Positions 28,451 to 32,000 of a stretch of DNA of 32,000 nt are shown here, in pieces (within the stretch, counting starts at the first letter, position 1; every line of letters starts with the position of its first letter). Origin of the DNA: an uncultured Actinomycetes bacterium (GTDB lineage Bacteria > Actinomycetota > Actinomycetes > S36-B12 > CAIYMF01); the NCBI GenBank assembly GCA_963843975.1, contig CAWJMG010000003.1, positions 60,001-92,000 on the forward strand. The letters are read 5' to 3'. A program made the position numbers and the translations under genes. Under the pieces are notes generated by a model. The model saw only the letters and a list, made by a program, of their open reading frames with translations. It made no database searches and was not told the DNA's origin.

Positions 28451-28810
28451 ATGAACACGCTCGACTTCGTCGATGCAGCGTCGCTCAAGAGCGACCTCCC
28501 TGACTTCCGCCCCGGTGACACCGTCAAGGTCCACGTCAAGGTCGTCGAGGGCAACCGCTCCCGCATCCAGGTCTTCCAGGGCGTCGTCATCCGTCGCCAG
28601 GGCGGCGGCGTGCGCGAGACCTTCACGGTCCGCAAGGTCAGCTTCGGCGTCGGCGTGGAGCGCACCTTCCCGGTGCACACCCCGGTCGTCGAGAAGATCG
28701 AGCTCGTGACCCGTGGCGACGTCCGCCGCGCCAAGCTCTACTACCTCCGCGACCTGCGCGGCAAGAAGGCGAAGATCAAGGAGAAGCGCGACAACGCGCC
28801 GAAGGCCTGA
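28451..28810 (+). CDS. rplS: 50S ribosomal protein L19
   Basis: [36 protein letters not shown]...[12 protein letters not shown] lies 7 nt after GAGGAGAAG. Confidence 0.96.
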   Translation: MNTLDFVDAASLKSDLPDFRPGDTVKVHVKVVEGNRSRIQVFQGVVIRRQGGGVRETFTVRKVSFGVGVERTFPVHTPVVEKIELVTRGDVRRAKLYYLRDLRGKKAKIKEKRDNAPKA

Positions 28811-28832
28811 TCGCCCTCGCACTCAGCTGTTC

Positions 28833-28875
28833 GACGAGCGCCCGACCCGCGATGGGTCGGGCGCTCGTCTCTTCC
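28833..28875 (+). terminator. Strong intrinsic terminator: perfect 16-bp stem (GACGAGCGCCCGACCC / GGGTCGGGCGCTCGTC), 5-nt loop, TCTTCC tail
   Basis: Read directly from the sequence. It starts 23 nt after the rplS stop. Confidence 0.7.
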
Positions 28876-28905
28876 CCGGACTCGGACGGTTACCCTCGTA
28901 CCACC

Positions 28906-29685
28906 ATGGCTGACCAGACGGACCTCGGTCCGGCGCGCCCCGAGCCCGCGGACCCGCGTCCGGAGCCCCGGCCGTCGGCGGGCCGTCATGCCCGACCCGC
29001 GCCTGCTCCGGTCGAGCACCACACGTCGTTCTGGAAAGAGCTGCCGGTCCTGCTGCTCGTGGCGTTCCTGCTCGCCTTCCTGGTCAAGACGTTCGTCGTC
29101 CAGGCGTTCTACATCCCCAGCGGGTCGATGGAGCAGACGCTGCAGATCGGCGACCGCGTCCTGGTCAACAAGATCGTGTTCAAGACGCGCGACATCGCGC
29201 GCGGCGACGTCGTGGTGTTCAACGGCGTCGACTCCTTCACCCCCGAGGTGCAGATCGACGAGCCGACCGGCCTGCTGCCGAAGGCGGTCGACTGGTTCGG
29301 CCGCACGTTCGGCTTCGCGCCGCCGGACGAGCGCGACTTCGTCAAGCGTGTCATCGGCGTCGGCGGCGACCACGTGACGTGCTGCGACGCCAAGGGCCGC
29401 GTCATGGTCAACGGCGTGCCGCTCGACGAGGGTGCGTACATCTACCCGGGCAACGCCCCGAGCGACACCGTGTTCGACGTGATCGTCCCGGAGGGCAAGC
29501 TCTGGGTCATGGGCGACCACCGCGGCGCCTCGAGCGACTCGCGCTCGCACCTCGGCGACCCGGGCGGCGGCTTCGTCCCCGTCGACCGCGTCATCGGGCG
29601 CGCCTTCGCCGTGCTCTGGCCTGCCGACCATGCGCAGTGGCTGGAGATCCCCACCGCTTTCGATGCCATCGAGGAAAAGGGCTGA
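28906..29685 (+). CDS. lepB: Signal peptidase I (copy 1)
   Basis: TM segment, catalytic Ser box IPSGSMEQTL, Lys box KRVIGVGGD, GDHRGASSDSR. ATG 28906 is preferred because the track start at 28852 lies inside the rplS terminator loop. Confidence 0.9.
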   Translation: MADQTDLGPARPEPADPRPEPRPSAGRHARPAPAPVEHHTSFWKELPVLLLVAFLLAFLVKTFVVQAFYIPSGSMEQTLQIGDRVLVNKIVFKTRDIARGDVVVFNGVDSFTPEVQIDEPTGLLPKAVDWFGRTFGFAPPDERDFVKRVIGVGGDHVTCCDAKGRVMVNGVPLDEGAYIYPGNAPSDTVFDVIVPEGKLWVMGDHRGASSDSRSHLGDPGGGFVPVDRVIGRAFAVLWPADHAQWLEIPTAFDAIEEKG

Positions 29686-29686
29686 C

Positions 29687-30463
29687 GTGTCGGACACTCC
29701 CCAGGGGCGGGCGGAACGACGTCGCGCCAAGGAGGGCAAGAGCACGTCGCTGGCCCGCGAGCTCGTCATCATCGTGGGCGTCGCCCTCGTGCTGTCGGTC
29801 TTCGTGCGCACGTTCGTCGCGCAGGCGTTCTTCGTGCCGAGCTCGTCGATGGAGGACACGCTCCTCAAGCAGGACCGCATCCTGGCCTCCAAGCTCAACA
29901 CCCGGATCGCGGGCGTCAACCGCGGCGAGATCGTGGTCTTCACCGACCCGGGCGACTGGCTCCCCGAGCCGGTGCCTGCGACGGGCCTGTCGGGCACGAT
30001 CCGCAACGCGCTCATGCTCGTGGGCCTCCTGCCCTCGGACACCGGCGAGGACCTCGTCAAGCGCGTGATCGCGGTCGGCGGAGACCGTGTCGCCTGCTGC
30101 AACGCCAAGAACCAGATCACGGTCAACGGCGTGGGCCTCGACGAGTCGGCGTACCTCAAGCCGGGCAGTGCCACCGACCAGGTGCGCTTCGACGTCATCG
30201 TGCCGACCGACCGCATCTTCGTGATGGGCGACAACCGCGGCGACTCCTCGGACTCCCGCTACCACCTGGCCGTCGACAACGGCACCGTGTCGATCGACTC
30301 CGTCGTCGGCCGCGTGGTCGCGGTCGTGTGGCCGGCGTCTCGCTGGAGCGGCGAGCCCGTGCCGTCGATCTTCGAGAACCCCGACCTCGACGCGAAGGCC
30401 GGCAAGGTCGGCACCCCCTCGGCCGCGCCCTCGGACGAGGCGTCGAACTCCGACGGCAGCTGA
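29687..30463 (+). CDS. lepB: Signal peptidase I (copy 2, tandem paralogue)
   Basis: VPSSSMEDTL, KRVIAVGGD, GDNRGDSSDSR. GTG 29687 lies 1 nt after the previous stop. Confidence 0.9.
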   Translation: MSDTPQGRAERRRAKEGKSTSLARELVIIVGVALVLSVFVRTFVAQAFFVPSSSMEDTLLKQDRILASKLNTRIAGVNRGEIVVFTDPGDWLPEPVPATGLSGTIRNALMLVGLLPSDTGEDLVKRVIAVGGDRVACCNAKNQITVNGVGLDESAYLKPGSATDQVRFDVIVPTDRIFVMGDNRGDSSDSRYHLAVDNGTVSIDSVVGRVVAVVWPASRWSGEPVPSIFENPDLDAKAGKVGTPSAAPSDEASNSDGS

Positions 30464-30465
30464 CC

Positions 30466-30999
30466 GTGGACGGCGGTCCGGACGTCACCGCGTGGCCGGC
30501 CTACGACCACGAGCGCACGAGCGTGCGGGTGGTGCTGCTCGACGCCGACGGCCGGATGCTGCTGTTCCACACGGTCGACCCGACCATGCCGGAGATCGGC
30601 GAGTGGTGGGAGCTGCCGGGCGGCGGCATCGAGCCCGGTGAGTCGTACGCCGAGACCGCGGTCCGCGAGCTGCGCGAGGAGACCGGCTTCGAGATCTCGC
30701 TCGCCGTGCTGCCGGATCAGCCGCGCTGGAACCGCGACTCCACCTACGTCCGGCGGCACGTGCGCACGTGGCAGCACGAGGTCGTCGTCGTGGCGCACGT
30801 CGCCGGATCGGCGCCCGTGCCCGCCCGGGACGGCCGCACGCCCGAGGAGCTCGACGAGTACGTCGGCCACCGCTGGTGGCGCCCCGAGGACGTCGCCGCC
30901 GCCGACGGCACCCGCTTCTTCCCGGGCCGCCTGAGCGAGCTGCTGCCCCGCTTCCTGGCGGGGGAGACGCTCGACGAGCCGTTCGACCTCTGGAACTGA
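30466..30999 (+). CDS. NUDIX hydrolase
   Basis: Nudix box GGGIEPGESYAETAVRELREETGF (Gx5Ex7REUxEExGU). GTG 30466 lies 2 nt after the lepB stop. Confidence 0.85.
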   Translation: MDGGPDVTAWPAYDHERTSVRVVLLDADGRMLLFHTVDPTMPEIGEWWELPGGGIEPGESYAETAVRELREETGFEISLAVLPDQPRWNRDSTYVRRHVRTWQHEVVVVAHVAGSAPVPARDGRTPEELDEYVGHRWWRPEDVAAADGTRFFPGRLSELLPRFLAGETLDEPFDLWN

Positions 31000-31014
31000 C
31001 GCCGTCGTAGGGTC

Positions 31015-31536
31015 GTGGCCATGGACACCCGGCCCGTGATCGTGCGCAGGGCCGCGCGCGTCCTCGCCGTCTCGCCGGCCGGCCGCGTTCTGCTGTTCGA
31101 GGGCGGCGACCCCGACCGGCCGCACGTGCGGATCTGGCACGCGCCCGGCGGCGGTGTCGAGGCGGGGGAGGACGACCGCGAGGCGGCCGCCCGCGAGTAC
31201 CTCGAGGAGACCGGCGCGAGCGTCGAGCTCGGGCCGCACGTGTGGGACCGCCACCTCGTGTTCGGCTTCAACGGCTCGACGTACGACCAGACCGAGGTCT
31301 ACTTCCTCGCCCGGGTCGACGCCGAGCTCGAGGCGAGCACCGCCGGCCACAACGAGGTCGAGCAGCTCTACCTCACCGGGCACGGCTGGTTCTCGGTCGA
31401 CGAGCTCCGGGCGCTGCCCACCGACGACGGGGCCGTGCTGGTGGCTCCCCCCGACATCGCGGACCGTCTTGACGACCTGCTGCGCGACGGCCCGCCGCCC
31501 GCGCCGGTCATGGTGGCGGGGGTGGTGCTGCCGTGA
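31015..31536 (+). CDS. NUDIX hydrolase (second, divergent copy)
   Basis: Nudix box [24 protein letters not shown]. The start is GTG 31015 or ATG 31021. Confidence 0.82.
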   Translation: MAMDTRPVIVRRAARVLAVSPAGRVLLFEGGDPDRPHVRIWHAPGGGVEAGEDDREAAAREYLEETGASVELGPHVWDRHLVFGFNGSTYDQTEVYFLARVDAELEASTAGHNEVEQLYLTGHGWFSVDELRALPTDDGAVLVAPPDIADRLDDLLRDGPPPAPVMVAGVVLP

Positions 31537-32000
31537 GCGCCGCGCCGTCCCTTCGCTTCGAGCGCGAGATGCTGCGCAGCCGCGGCATCCGCTGGCTCGC
31601 CTCCGTCGACGAGGTCGGCCGCGGTGCGCTCGGCGGGCCCGTCACCGTCGGCGTCGTCCTGGTGGACCTCGAGACGAGGTCGGCGCCCGCCGGTGTCCGC
31701 GACTCCAAGCTGCTCACCCCCGCTGCGCGCGAGCGGATGGTGCCCAAGCTGCAGCGGTGGGCGCCCGCATACGCCGTCGCGCACGCCAGCGCGGCCGAGA
31801 TCGACGCCCTCGGCATCCTGCGCGCGCTGCGCCTCGCGGGGGAGCGGGCCTTCGCCCAGCTTCCCCACCGCCCGGATCACGTGCTGCTCGACGGCTCGTA
31901 CGACTGGGTCACCCGTCCGGCCCCGGCGCTCTTCGACGAGGACGGGGGCCTCGCCGACCTCGACGACGTCGCCGAGCCGCTGCCGGTCACGGTGAAGGTC
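31533..32000 (+). CDS. rnhB: Ribonuclease HII, N-terminal part; 3' end lies outside the window
   Basis: This gene is not in the ORF track because there is no stop before the window end. Hand translation from GTG 31533 (overlapping the upstream stop) gives ...[20 protein letters not shown]...[12 protein letters not shown]..., with the RNase HII catalytic DEVGRG and DSK motifs. Confidence 0.88.
   Translation, partial: MSAAPSLRFEREMLRSRGIRWLASVDEVGRGALGGPVTVGVVLVDLETRSAPAGVRDSKLLTPAARERMVPKLQRWAPAYAVAHASAAEIDALGILRALRLAGERAFAQLPHRPDHVLLDGSYDWVTRPAPALFDEDGGLADLDDVAEPLPVTVKV

Noticed and set aside
28852-28905. The upstream ATG (28852) offered by the ORF track for lepB copy 1, and similarly 19011 for the amphi-Trp ORF and 19319 for the secreted protein.
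   Set aside because: 28852 lies in the loop of the rplS terminator hairpin, and 19319 lies inside a perfect GC hairpin. The downstream starts have better SD context and give family-typical N-termini.

Overview
This is a high-GC (roughly 70%+) actinobacterial chromosome segment, possibly from a Micrococcales-like organism. It is almost entirely housekeeping and nearly all on the + strand. The gene order follows the conserved actinobacterial block known from M. tuberculosis Rv2916c-Rv2927c. In order: acyl-CoA ligase (3' part), SDR, GntR regulator, (minus strand: S4-domain protein, rpmB), DAK2/YloV, recG, alpha/beta hydrolase, Phd/Doc toxin-antitoxin pair, rsmD, coaD, SepIVA-like coiled-coil protein, yceD/DUF177, rpmF, orphan ACP-like ORF, rnc, mutM, acyP, small coiled-coil ORF, smc, ftsY, amphi-Trp protein, Tat-secreted small protein, amtB-glnK-glnD, ffh, rpsP, KH protein, rimM, trmD, rplS, two tandem lepB, two tandem Nudix genes, rnhB (5' part). 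I saw no tRNA, rRNA, CRISPR array, transposase or integrase. The most striking observation is seven single-nucleotide (+1) frame disruptions in five conserved genes: recG, rnc, mutM x2, smc x2 and glnD. All lie between 6.6 and 23.2 kb. Four have the same local form CTT-C, and four are reconstructable as an insertion into GAGCTC. An assembly or consensus artefact is the leading explanation. Other unexplained structure includes: an AT-rich dyad/direct-repeat element between smc and ftsY; three ~52-nt-spaced hairpins with a conserved UCGUUCCUC loop downstream of ftsY; a 19-bp perfect inverted repeat ahead of the ACP-like ORF; a shared promoter/hairpin motif upstream of rpsP and rplS; and GlnR-type boxes upstream of amtB. 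The many long antisense and off-frame ORFs in the track are high-GC artefacts.
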